NCBI GenBank assembly: GCA_951406725.2
Contig: OX597830.1
Location: 76,446,001-76,510,000, forward strand
Source: Octopus vulgaris
Lineage: Eukaryota
Length of the DNA stretch: 64,000 bases
Direction: 5' to 3'
Under the pieces are notes generated by a model. The model worked only from the letters and a program-made list of their open reading frames with translations. It did not search any database and had not been told where the DNA came from. The position numbers and the translations under genes were made by a program. Positions 1 to 12,364 of this stretch are shown here, piece by piece. Positions within the stretch are counted from its first letter, which is position 1. Each line of letters begins with the position of its first letter.

Positions 1-162
1 TTTATTATGGGCTAATATGCAGCAAAATTTCTGAAAATAATGTTAGAATTATATATAGAAATTAACGTTAGAATTATATACACAGAAACATGGAAATGAT
101 ACGAACATACATAATGCATACATAGAAATTTAACAAGAACAATCGCACTAGTCTCTTTATAC

Positions 163-164
<2 letters not shown>

Positions 165-205
<41 letters not shown>

Positions 206-390
206 ACACCATGCATGTATATACCGTGGTGAAGGCACAATTAGTGGTGGTTTGGGTGCTCCAATCACGTTCGTTAGGTCGTGATTTCCATTCCTGGACA
301 AGACAGTGCGTTGTGTTCTGGAATAACAGATCATTTCATTCCACTTTGCTTCAGACCGTTCAGATAGCAATATACAGAATGGGTAGGAGG

Positions 391-462
<72 letters not shown>
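165..462. repeat. (CA)n at 165-209 and (GA)n at 396-462 microsatellites
   Basis: Directly visible. Confidence 0.95.
225..372 (+). mobile_element. Degenerate tRNA-derived SINE head and core (family D-like)
   Basis: GTGGTGAAGGCAC..TAGTGGT..GATTTCCATTCCTGGAC..GCGTTGTGTTCTGG..CATTTCA..TTGCTTCAG aligns by eye to the reverse complement of 59763-60023. Confidence 0.55.
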
Positions 463-465
<3 letters not shown>

Positions 466-929
466 CAGGGAAAATTCATACAGGTAGATAGAGTTGGCAA
501 GACTTAAATCGAAAGTATGACATCTTCGTGTTTTTTCAGAGCACAAAAAAAATGTTCAATTCACTTTTCGATTATTCAGTTAACGCATGATAGGTCGCAG
601 AAATGCTACGAAAATTGTAGTGCCCGCGTCTTGTTCGCAGAGGCGCCTTCGAATATATTATCTGCTCGTAATGTAAGTGAAGAATTTATGTATCCTTCAA
701 TGGCAAAAATGATTTTTCCACCACTTATTGTTTCTGTTTCAATACAAGTCACGTTAATTACCAAAGATATGCATCTTCAAAATAAATTTCATTACCATAC
801 TGGAAAATTCGTCGTTATACTAGGAAAATAACGTTTGAAACAAAACCCTATTTTAATATACCCTCAGGTCTGACAGTAATCCCTAAATTTAGCGTTTCGA
901 GGCCTCAACTCATAATTGAATCTTTGGAG

Positions 930-1724
930 CTACATCGAGATATACGGCATATAGCCGGCACATATTCTTTTGGCGCGGCGGACTACATCTCTGTCCAGGT
1001 CTGACCGTAGCAGATTTCTTTCTGGGACTGAGAGAGCGAGAGAGACAGAGAGAGAGAGAGGGAATAGAGAGAATGGTGGAAGGGAGAGATAAGGAGCAAT
1101 CAAGCCAGAACAAGATTGGTACTTTATTTCTCGACCATGAACTGATAAAAGACAGAAGTAACATGGCGGTAAATTTAAAATCAAAGCAATGCGGTTCGAA
1201 AAAGACAATCTATCTATCTACCTACCAGTCAGTCTGTCTTTCTCTCATAGTTTATTCGACGTACCACATTTTCAAAATTTTAGTCTCTGAAGTTCTTTTG
1301 TCTCCTCCTATCTTCTCTCTCACTTCATCACCTCCTCTCTACCTATGTATCTATCCCTAAGAATTTCATTATTTCTCTCTGTCTCTCTGTCCTTCTTTCT
1401 CTCTATCCCTACCACTTTAACACTCTGCACATTTTCACCCACCACACCACCAATACCACCACCACCACCACTATCATATCTTCTCCATCTCACTTCACCA
1501 CCATTCTATTATCTATTAACAGGACATTGTTTCTTCTTCCCTTGCCCTTGTCAGTCCAAACATTTCCCTATCAATGTCGTAACTAAGAGATAACCGACCA
1601 AGCATGCTCTGCCATTCAAACGTTTCCATTACATACATGATAAGACTATGACATGTCATATATAGCTCACCGCAAAAACTTGTTCCAGTCACTGACATTA
1701 CTTCCGGTGAGTCCTGCGTCATCT
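930..1724 (-). other. Candidate minus-strand exon pair (1724-1671 and 1027-930), product unknown
   Basis: Pyrimidine tract+CAG before 1724, donor GCG|GTGAG at 1671/1670, acceptor (CT)n-CAG before 1027. Phase-1 join reads MTQDSPEVMSVTGTSFC-VPERNLLRSDLDRDVVRRAKRICAGYMPYISM*. No recognisable homology. Confidence 0.2.
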
Positions 1725-2474
1725 CTGATGTCGTATGAATGAGAAAAAGATGACAGTGACAGCAATTGCGACCGTGCTGCCTCTGTATGGATCTTTTGTT
1801 GCTTTGCTGACACCTTGGTCTCCCTATCTTTCTGGTCTCCACTGTCCGTACGCATGTGCGATTGTATTCTCGTATTTGTATTTAATGAGGACGAACGAGT
1901 GTTTGTCAAGTTGTGTTGTGCATATTCGGTTGCGTACGTGTGTGTGTATGTACTTGTGTGTGTGTGTGTGTGTGTACTTGCGTGTGTGTTTGTATGTGTG
2001 AGTGTAGATAAAGATACACGATATATATACATATATATATATTTGCATATATATACTGATAAGACTGTATGCAGACAAACATACGTGTGTGCGTGCGCGT
2101 GTGTGTGTGTGTGTGTGTACATACGTAAGTAGACTCACAAAACACAAAAATAAATATATGTATATATATAAGCACAAATACGTACATACACACACATATA
2201 TATATATGCATATGTGTGTGTGTATGTGTACATATACATATATATTAACAGACACAACACATACACGCATACATATCCTTTTCTATTCATGGCACGTGGG
2301 CTGTTTGTATGTGTATGTATGAAAGTGTGTATAAATAAAGAAATTCGCAAAAAATCTTTCCAGATGTTTTTCTATGTTTTTTTTTCATAATATAATGTCA
2401 AGTTCACTCAAAAATGAACGTCGAAGTGATAAATGAGTGAAACATTTACTTCGAGTTGGTGAGTTCATATTCAG

Positions 2475-2790
2475 CCGCGCCTGTGGTTGTGTGGTTAAGA
2501 GGCTTGCTCTTGCACCATGAGTTGCCAAGTTCAGTGTCACTGCGTGGTTACTTAAGCAAGTGTCTTTTAGCTATTGGCCCAGTCCGACGGAAGCAGTATG
2601 TATGTATTTGTCCAGCGCTTGACGATCGGTGTTGGTTTGCTTACATATCTGTATTTAGTGGTTCGACAAAAAGAAATCGATGGAATAAGCACTAGACCTA
2701 AATATAAATACTGGTGTTGATTTGATCGACTAAACACTTTATGTGGTGCCCCAGCATGGCCACACTCCAATGACTAAGACACGTAAAAAC
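2475..2790 (+). mobile_element. Diverged family A SINE
   Basis: Head GTGGTTGTGTGGTTAAG..GTTCAGTGTCACTGCGTGG, core GCAAGTGTCTT, tail GTGCCCCAGCATGGCCAC..ATGACT; colinear with 31598-32005. Confidence 0.8.
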
Positions 2791-3545
2791 AAACAAAGAA
2801 ACAAACAGACAAAACCCGAGCAGTGACACTAGAATGATACAGATGGTATACAATATGAACGATATCAGAGAGATGTGATGGTCATAACTGGGACGCTTTT
2901 GATCAAGTTTTAAATCGGTCAGGGCCCGGCTGCTACGTTAGATGCTGTACATGACCATCATCATTATCACCACCAAAACTATCATCATCATCCTCCATCT
3001 CTTCAACATCATTATTAGCATCATCATTATCAATATTCACCTTATTGTTATTACTTGTTTTATTACTGGTAAATGAAATAGCACTTACAGAGGAAAAAAT
3101 TAAGTACAAGAAAAACGCAGAGAGAGAGAGAGAGAGAGGGAGGGGGGATGAGACATATACTATGCGAGAGGAATAGATGGAGAAAAAAGTGGATTGATTT
3201 TAAAGGAAACAAACTTTCAAAATCTTTTTTTTTATTCATTTTTAATTTACTTCGAGTATTTGTTTATCTATCTATCTGTCTGTCTCTGTATCTCTCTCTC
3301 TCTCTCTCTCGCAAATATGCATATTATACATACACACACATACACGTGTATATATGTGTGTGCGTATATATATATATATATATATATATAAATATATATA
3401 TATATTAGAAGAAATGAGGTACTCAGAAAATCGGATGGTTTATATTTACAGATATTTATTTGTATATTACATTTTTTATATATATATCATATCACTTAGA
3501 TCATTAGCGCTTTCTCCCATTCTAGTGGGGTTTTCAAATATATAT

Positions 3546-4758
3546 ACAGGGAGCGTAAGATACTTGAGGACAGATTTATGCTTATATATAAAAAAAAAAC
3601 AGCTATATAATAACAGATAACTTTATTTATCAAATAATGTTTTGAGGATAAAAATAAACCTCCTTCTCTATAATGTTATTCAATAAAGCCCCCTTCAGCT
3701 TCAACAACTGCTTCTATATGAGATCTAAATCATCGACATGCTCGAATCAAGTGGTCCTGGTTCGTTTTGGACATTACTCTGACTATGGTAGCTTTCAAAG
3801 AATCTTTGGTGTTATGGGTGTTTACTGACACCCTCACTCAACGACGCTCCACATGTTAATAGTCCAATGGATTGATATCTGGGGAATTAGGAGGCCAAAT
3901 GTTAGGAATTAAGTGATCATGAAAATGTTCAGCCATCCATTTCTGTGTTACTAGAGCCATGTGTGATAGTGCAGAGTTTTACTGAAACACATATAGCCTT
4001 CCATTGCATACACTGTAGTTCCAGGGTTTAGCAATTATTTCTAGGACCTCAGTGTAGGCGGCAGAGTTAACTCTAACGCCTTGTGAAAAGAAGTAAGGAG
4101 GCATAACATGTCCTTAATTGCTAACAACACCTAAAACCATGATAGTTGCAAGACATTTTGTATGCTTAAGACTTGGAACTTCAGAAGGCTCTGCACGTAA
4201 CCATCTGTCATTTCTTCTGTTAACTTTTTGATGTCGGTCAAAGTTTTTCTTGTTTGAGAAAAACCAAATCGGATCTTCTGCTGGATTTTTCAGTTTGTTT
4301 AATAGACTTTTAGATCTAATGTAGTTATATTCTTCTGCGTGTTTCTTTTTCTTTTCTTTTTTTTTTGACAAATTGACCTTTTCTCATCATATAAGGTTTA
4401 TATCTGATGTCTTCATGGACATCATTTCTGATTGTACCTTCTGACACATGAAGATCTTTTGCAATTGACCTCATGGATTTTCTGGGATTGTTCTTAATGA
4501 TCTGTTGAACTTGTTGGATAAATTCAGGTGTCCTGATGATTTCAGGGCGTTTAGAATACTTTTTATGCTTTGATACGTTTTCACCTTCGATAAATTAAGT
4601 ACCAGTTATGCACTGGGGTCGATATAATCGACTTAATCCGTTTGTCTGTCCTTGTTTGTCCTCTCTGTGTTTAGCCCCTTGTGGGTATTAAAGAAATAGA
4701 TACGTTTTCACCTTCTGTCTCTAGCTCTTTAAAAACTTTGTAGACAAAAGATCTGGCA
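3546..4758 (-). mobile_element. Tc1/mariner superfamily DD37D (maT-type) transposase relic
   Basis: Minus-strand translation WFFSNKKNF..NRRNDRWL..IMVLGVVSN*GHVMPPYFF..YVFQ*NSALSH..WPPNSPDINPLDY. 37 residues lie between the position of the second catalytic D (here N) and the final D; stops and frameshifts present; TA-CAGGG candidate terminus near 3546. Confidence 0.85.
4589..4698 (+). mobile_element. 5'-truncated family B SINE inserted in the DD37D element
   Basis: GATAAATTAAGTACCAG..CTGGGGTCGATATAATCGAC..AAAGAAATA flanked by the direct repeat GATACGTTTTCACCTTC (4572-4588, 4699-4715). Confidence 0.9.
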
Positions 4759-4759
4759 A

Positions 4760-4830
4760 AGTGCCACACAGTGGGACTGAACCAATAACCATGCGGTTGG
4801 TAACCAAGCTACTTACCACACTGCCACTGC
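4760..4830 (-). mobile_element. Family A SINE head fragment
   Basis: GTGCCACACAGTGGGACTGAACC..GCTACTTACCACAC matches 31930-32000. Confidence 0.8.
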
Positions 4831-5611
4831 TAATTATTAATATTATTTAACACTCTACGGAACGTTCGCAGTCCTGAATAGGACATACGGAATCATCCAA
4901 CGAGAAAATTTACCAATCTCTAACAACATATTGTGGGCACGGGCATCAAATACTGACTTATGTTAACTGGCATATGGAACGGAACTGAGAGCTAACACGG
5001 TGTCCTCTTGGTTATTATATATCCCTGCAAACTTCCTTTATATATATATCAATATATCCACACACACACACATACATACTTACGTGCACACACATACCTT
5101 TATAAAACAAAACGAAGTACCAGAAATAGCGAACAACCTCTTCTTCCACAAGTCTACTACACAGTAAACACACATACACACACACACATACACACACACA
5201 CATTCTCACACACTAATAATAGAGGCGGATCTTGATTTTGACAACGGCGTCTGGAAGACACGAAGCTAGAGCATTCGCTCAATATTGACAACACGGCATT
5301 GCGAAGTGTGTACGCCATGTTGAATACAAATGAAATCAAACGCTAACTGTCTGTCTGTCTCTCTGTCTCTGTCTCTCTCCCTCTCTCGCTCTCGCTTACG
5401 AACTCTCACTGAAGTGAAGTCTGTCTGAGAATTAGGAATTTCAGTGACAACATGATGGTTTGCATTCTGTATAAATACATCTTCGTTCTCCATCTTTTGA
5501 ATGAAACCATTTCTCATCTTAACTCTTTTTACTTCTTCATGATTATTCTTTTTTCTTTTTTGTTAGTGCCCTCACTATGGTCATCGACACCAGTTTCATC
5601 CTTGATCCACA

Positions 5612-5754
5612 TCCTCCTCCTCCTTCTTCTTCTTCTTCTTCTTCTTCTTCTTCTTCTTCTTCTTCTTCTTCTTCTCCTCCTTCTTTTTCTTCTTCCCCTC
5701 CTCCTCCTCCTCCTCTTTTTCTTCTTCTTTTTCTTTTTCTTCTTCTTCTACCTC

Positions 5755-5786
<32 letters not shown>

Positions 5787-5815
5787 CTTCTTCTTCTTCT
5801 TCTTCTTCTTCTTCT

Positions 5816-5846
<31 letters not shown>

Positions 5847-5990
5847 TGTCTTCTTCTTTTTTCTCCTCCGCCTCCCTTTCTTCTTCATTTTCTTTTTCTC
5901 ATTTCTTCTTCCTCTCCTTTTCCTCCTTCCACTTCTTTGTTCCTTCCTTTTCCTTTTCTCTTTCCTCTTCCTTTTCTTTTATTTTCCTAC
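5612..5990. repeat. Compound (CTT)n/(CCT)n/(GTC)n pyrimidine-rich tract
   Basis: Directly visible. Confidence 0.95.
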
Positions 5991-6219
5991 ATCTTCAGTC
6001 TCACAATAGGCATGTGTGTGTTTGTGTATTTTTGTACGAGAGAAAAAGAAAAAAATGAGAGGGAGAAGCAGACAGACAGAGACAGAGAGATGGAAAGTGA
6101 GATGAAGAGAAATTCAGATAGGCATACAATGGAAATGAGAAAAAGAGAGAGAATTGATAAAGGAAAATCGAGAATAGAGATTCTTCCTGAATCTCTCCTC
6201 TTTTTATGCTATTCCGCAG

Positions 6220-6601
6220 GTATCTGCGGAATACTCAGCTACATACCATACATACGAACGTATTCAGCAAGACGTTGAATTCAACAATTCGTTAGAGTAG
6301 AACTTCAAAGAGAATACCTTTGATGTTCTAATTATCTCTCCGTATCGAGTGCAAATCTTTGCCAACGTCAGCTTGCCCTTAAATCATTCCGAGGTAGAAA
6401 ATAAAATCAAACAAAATCCTGTCCTGGAATCTATTTTTCCCCCACTCATTCTCTTTCTGAGTTGCACTTCTAATTAAATGGTTTTTGTCTTGTTCCATTG
6501 TATCGACCTGATCCGCAGCCATTTCCACGATTAGAAATCAAGTAAGTCGAATAACCGAAAGCTACTCTTCGGCCAAGGAAGAGAATCCAGCCACAAAATG
6601 G
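6220..6601 (+). other. Candidate 5'-UTR/start-codon exon of an unknown plus-strand gene
   Basis: Unique sequence bounded by pyrimidine tract+CCGCAG (ends 6219) and CCACAAAATGG|GTAAG (ATG 6598-6600, GT 6602-6603); alternative donor AA|GTAAGT at 6542. Confidence 0.3.
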
Positions 6602-6836
6602 GTAAGAGTGGTTGCGTTAATTGATTAACAAACTGTGTTATCTTTGGTAAAGCATGTACCAGATCCATCATGCTCAATGTATAAACACTGTTGATAGGTT
6701 GGTTACTGATTACATGAGGAATTGTTGCATCTGGCGATGTACAATGAACATGTTAACATATCTTCTAATGTCTGGATACTTTTGTAGCATCGTCCTGACT
6801 GTTTTTTTAAACATCGTTTTCATTCATAAATTTATT

Positions 6837-7223
6837 GTGGAAGCACTCCGTCGGTTACGACGATGAGGGCTCCGGTTGATCCGAATCAACGGAACAGCCT
6901 GCTCGGGAAATTAACGTGTAAGTGGCTGAGCACTCCACAGACAAGTGCACCCTTAACGTAGTTCTCGGGGATATTCAGCGTGACACAGAGAGTGACAAGG
7001 CCGGCCCTTTGAAATACAGGTACAACAGAAACAGGAAGTAAGAGTGAGAGAAAGTTGTGGTGAAAGAGTACAGCAGGGATCACCACCATCCCCTGCCGGA
7101 GCCTCGTGAAGCTTTTAGGTGTTTTCGCTCAATAAACACTCACAACGCCCGGTCTGGGAATCGAAACCGCGATCCTATGACCGCGAGTCCGCTGCCCTAA
7201 CCACTGGGCCATTGCGCCTCCAC
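6837..7223 (-). mobile_element. Full-length tRNA-derived SINE (family C) with 12-bp TSD
   Basis: Minus strand begins GTGGAGGCGCAATGGCCCAGTGGTTAGG (A box)..GGTTTCGATTCCC (B box); flanked by CATAAATTTATT at 6825-6836 and 7224-7235; CpGs retained. Confidence 0.93.
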
Positions 7224-7279
7224 CATAAATTTATTAGCATACAAACGTATATATATTCATATGTGTAAGAGAGGGAAAT

Positions 7280-7318
<39 letters not shown>

Positions 7319-7354
7319 GGAGGCAAGGACGGAAGGAGCGGGGAAGAACGGGAG

Positions 7355-7480
7355 AGAGGGCTCATGGCCTAGTGGTTTGGGTGTCACGATCGCTTCATGG
7401 TATCCAATTTCTGGAGGGTGTCTGAATTGTGTTCTTGAGCAAAGTACTTCATCTAATGTTGTTTTATGCTCACTTCAGCA
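7355..7480 (+). mobile_element. Degenerate SINE head/core (family D-like)
   Basis: ATGGCCTAGTGGTT..TTGTGTTCTTGAGCAAAGTACTTCAT. Confidence 0.55.
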
Positions 7481-9008
7481 TCAGACGTGTGGTACACCGC
7501 GCACTTATTCAGGCAACGTCTGTTTCATAGAAGGAATGAGCTGAAGTACAGCACATGCATTTGATCGCTATAGGCAAATCTTTGATGCATGTTGTACAGC
7601 AAGAAATTGCAGAACCGTCTTATTCAGACTACGAGAGACTGCTGTTAGGTATGAATGTATGTATGTATGTATGTATGTATGTATGTATGTATGTATGTAT
7701 GTATGTATGTATGTATGTATGTATGCATGTATGAATGAATGTATGTATGTATGTATGTGTTAGTGCGCGTGTGTATGTCATTATTCATTTTATTTCAAGA
7801 TTTCTTGCCAATAGAGAAAGAACCGGTTTCTAACCCAGATCCAAGGCTCCTTCATTGGAATTTCAACATCAACAACAGCGTATTTTTGTATGTATGTATG
7901 TATGTATGTATTTATGTATATGTGCAGATTTGTATGATTTATGGATGTATTCCCATGCATATAGTGGCATATCTAGACATGCTCATATATATTTAAATGA
8001 TAAACTTTTGGAAAGTCTTACAGATTTTTACAGTTCCAGTGATGGATTGGATCAGTAGTCTTCGAATTAGCTTTCTCCTTTCTGTATGTATGTATGTATG
8101 TGTGTGTATATGTATGTATGTATGCGTGTATGTATATCAGTATGTGTGTGTGCGTGCCTGTGTTCCCACGCCGCTATAACTTTAGTCTAGATGTTTGTAA
8201 GCGAGCAACATCTTCATGCAAACAATGGTATCATTTTGTGAAGGATATGGCTGACCGTGAGGAAATATCACCGAGCACGGAAACAGGCGAGGGTTGGTGT
8301 CTGGAAGAGTATCAGGCTGTGCAATACGGGAAACTTGCCTTATAAGCCTATAGCTTGAGAATGACATTCAATTCGCTTTTGAAGGTTCCGAGTCTGTTTA
8401 TATGTGTGAATATATGTTTACGCACATACACAAGCATACACACACATATGTTTGTTTTACGTAAAATTACATACATAAGCAGTGTGTGTGTGTGTGTGTT
8501 TGTGTGTAAATATTTATTCCAGTTGTGACCACCTCCTCTTTATATTTCACCAAATTCAATGTCGCTATGTGGGTTTGATGGGTGTGCTAGAAAAGCAGCC
8601 AAATTTTACAGACTCTTACGAATATGTTTTCAACTTCTCTTTGACGTTAGACTTTAACGTAAGCGAAATTTGGCTCTTCTTTCCTGCAGATCAATGGAAC
8701 TTATGGATTTCTTTTTGGGACATCAGTAATAGTAATATACTATTTTATGGGAGTTTATTTTGTTATTCTAAGTAGAAGTAGTGGTGGTGGTGATGTTGGT
8801 TGTGGTAGTGGTGGTGGTAGTGGTAGCAGATTCTGCCAGCTCGACTCCATAGTCTTTTTTTTATTTTTGAGATGGTTTATTTGTATATTTACTTATTTAT
8901 TAGTTGCTTTTGTTAAGGGTATATTCTGAAGAATGTACACAGTTAGACTTTCCTCCAGGCTGCTATTTCTAGCAGATCTATCGAACCAACAGATGTTCCT
9001 CTTCGGAA

Positions 9009-9069
<61 letters not shown>

Positions 9070-9082
9070 CTTCTATTTTGGC

Positions 9083-9182
9083 NNNNNNNNNNNNNNNNNN
9101 NNNNNNNNNNNNNNNNNNNNNNNNNNNNNNNNNNNNNNNNNNNNNNNNNNNNNNNNNNNNNNNNNNNNNNNNNNNNNNNNNN
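9083..9182. other. Assembly gap (100 N)
   Basis: Run of exactly 100 N; true size unknown, so continuity across it is unproven. Confidence 0.99.
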
Positions 9183-9350
9183 TATGTGTTCGGATGTTAA
9201 TCTCTCTCTCTCCCTATATATATATATATACATATATATATACATACATATATATATGTGTGTATGTGTGTCTATATATACACGTGTATAGATATAAATA
9301 TACACACGTATATAAAATTAAACTTACATATAAATAAAGAAATCAATAAA

Positions 9351-9386
<36 letters not shown>

Positions 9387-9464
9387 TGTGTGTGTGTATG
9401 TATGAATGCGTGTGTGCGTCGCTACATTTTGAGTGATTCAAGCTATTTCAACGGATATCATATA

Positions 9465-9608
<144 letters not shown>

Positions 9609-9622
9609 TATATACATATACG

Positions 9623-9663
<41 letters not shown>

Positions 9664-10009
9664 ATATATATATATATATATGTGAAATCACTGTGATACA
9701 GAACTAAATTAATTTTTTTAAATGTCTTGCTTTGAAGAACTGCATTAAGTATGATTAGTGTAATTTTGGTAGTAATGACTTTGTCCCTCTTAGTGTGAGG
9801 CATTTATGTGTAATAATGCCCTCTATACAATATAAATATAATTAATTTGTTCAAAAGAAAAGAATTATTTTCGAATTATTTTCTCTTATGAGGTTTTTCA
9901 CGCTAACTACCTGATAATTTCTTGTTAAGATTCCTTATTCAGAAGTTATCCTTAATTGTTAAATTTATATATATATATATGTATATATATGAATATATGC
10001 ATGTATATT

Positions 10010-10150
10010 TACTTACCAACCAATAGTTCCGAGTCTAGTCCCACTGCGTGGCACCTTAGGCAAGTGTCTGCTAATATAGCCTCGTGCCGACCAAAGACTT
10101 GTACAGAGTGGATTTGGTAGACGAAAACTGAAAGAAGCCCATCGTATATA
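10010..10150 (+). mobile_element. Partial family A SINE
   Basis: GTCCCACTGCGTGGCACCTTAGGCAAGTGTC..GGATTTGGTAGACG..AAAGAAGCCC. Confidence 0.8.
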
Positions 10151-10319
10151 TATCTGTAAAATAATATGTGACAATTATTCGGTAGCCAAGATAAAACTCT
10201 GAATTTCGGATGCCGAGGCGAAATTTCCTCTATTTACATAATATTGAGGTCTCTTTCTTTCTTTTGTTATCTTACCGTTTTTACCAATATACATATATAT
10301 ATATATCAAAGTTTGAACA

Positions 10320-10985
10320 TTTATCTATTTTTCTACATACTCGCTATTTCGGTCGATGCAGGTTTGTAAGCGCTGGAGCAGTTCTTGTATGCCCATGTGA
10401 GACCAACTCACCGCCGTGTCGTTGAGGGAGCGTTGAACGTCATCTTTCACCTCGTCGTCGTGGCTGAAGCGCGTTCCGGCCAAATGTTCTTTCAGATTAG
10501 GGAACAGACGGTAGTCACTGGTTACCAAGTCTGGACTATGAGGTGGGTCGCCGTTTACGGTCTTCTGTGAGCATTCGTGGGACCTATCTTACGTACACCT
10601 TCCGATATTGCAACTTTTCACTCAAAACCCTATGAATAGTGCTTGGGGAAACCTCAGGAACCAAAATGCGGAGATCATCCAGAGTGATACGCCGATTTTA
10701 CATTCGCGACTGTCTCGTCAGAGATTGATGGTCGCCGCTTCTTTCTTCACCATGAATTTCAGTACGAGTAGCTTCAAATTCCCTACACCACTTGCTGACG
10801 CTTTTGACATCCATACACGACTCTCCATACACTCTGTTAGTTGACGATGAATTTCAATCGGTTTAAAGCCTTTGGCGTTCAAAAATCGAACGTGAACTTC
10901 AAAGTTGGCGGTAGCGTCAGTCGGGAGCTCCATCAGATACGATTGCCAAGCCAGTCTTGGCTTGGCAGTCGTATCTGTATATGTG
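10320..10985 (-). mobile_element. Internally deleted mariner transposase relic
   Basis: C-terminus SPDLVTSDYRLFPNLKEHLAGTRFSHDDEVK..GIQELLQRLQTCIDRNSEYVEK and N-terminal HTH VRFLNAKGFKPIEIHRQL; catalytic middle largely missing. Confidence 0.85.
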
Positions 10986-11103
10986 TATTTTGTATACATC
11001 ATTTGTATGCGTATTTGGCGACGAATAGGACTTAGTTTAAATATTCACACACAGACACACATATTCATACACACGTATATACATACATACATACATGTAT
11101 GCA

Positions 11104-11173
<70 letters not shown>

Positions 11174-11216
11174 CATATACATATATAAATATATATACAT
11201 ATATATATATACACAC

Positions 11217-11251
<35 letters not shown>

Positions 11252-12316
11252 CATATGTATATATATATAGTAATTATTTTCACAATTCTTTTCCCAGCCA
11301 CACACAAATACACACACGCCCGTAGATACACATATGCACGTACACACGTACTCACACATACACATAGAGGCACTCACACACACATACACGCACTCACACT
11401 CATACAATCTTCTCCGTAACTAATTTTCTGCAAAATATATACATATTCATCGAAGTGTAACATTACTGTCTGACAATATAAAAAAAAAAATTCTATTTGT
11501 CCACTTGCACACCTCAAGTTTTCTTCTTAGCTGTTTAAGTGACAGTTGGCACCTGTCATTACCAATGACATCTACTTCTCCCACCCTCACCTTTACTCAC
11601 CTGTGGAAAAGGTGGGGTCCTGTCACAGTGAACGGCTGCGCTTTACCAAGCTTAAAGTTAGTGACATGGAGTCACAGATTTATTATTAATGATATTTCTA
11701 CTTATAGAGAGCCAGTTAGATTTAAAGACGTAATATTCAGCAGACACGGATGTAATAACACCCAATAACGGAAATAACAATAATAATTTCTGTCGAAAGG
11801 CGCAACAGAGGAAATTTGGTTGAAGGGGAACGAAAGGTTTGAATATATCGTGTGATTGACTGGTATTTTATTGCTTTATTTGATCGAGATTTGCGAGGCT
11901 CTTATACTCATCACATCTACAGGTTACTTTCTCACAATGTCAGCGCTCATCCAGAGTGTCATTCCTGTCGACCTCTTTTACTAATAAGTATGAACTTCTT
12001 CAGAATGCGTCTAGAGGCAGTGAGAAAAATATCTCTGCTTCACGTCAGTCCGATGGTAAACGGAAATCATTTCCTCCGCTGCTGTTTCCGTCCAGAACTT
12101 TCGGCTTACCATTTCATTCCACGATGATCGTCCGTACGTCGAGACCTAGACCTTCTGAAAACAACAATAGTATATCACTCGTAAAAAAAGGTTCTCACAA
12201 TACGTACGCATTAAAATTGAGCGTGAGTACTTACATTCCAGAAATCTGGGTTTCACTAACAGCTATTCCATTTTACTTCAGGCCGTTAAAGCGAGAAACT
12301 TAGAACCAGACTGATC

Positions 12317-12364
12317 TTGGTACAAGCTTGATACGAACTTGGTACGAACTTGGTACGAACTTTG
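12317..12364. repeat. 11-bp tandem repeat (TTGGTACGAAC) about 4 copies
   Basis: TTGGTACAAGC TTGATACGAAC TTGGTACGAAC TTGGTACGAAC TTTG. Confidence 0.85.

Noticed and set aside
945-1000. RRAKRICAGYM similarity to a choline-kinase N-terminal helix
   Set aside because: Stop codon follows within six residues and the conserved downstream residues are absent
7150-7223. tRNA gene (also at 31930-32005 and 59950-60023)
   Set aside because: A/B boxes present but no complete cloverleaf; they continue into SINE bodies, two of them with TSDs
8689-8929. Exon after strong acceptor CTCTTCTTTCCTGCAG
   Set aside because: Runs into GGT repeats, no convincing donor or homology
10195-10225. Half motif CATCCGAAATTCAGAG on the minus strand
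   Set aside because: No CUGANGA half upstream; truncated, cannot be called
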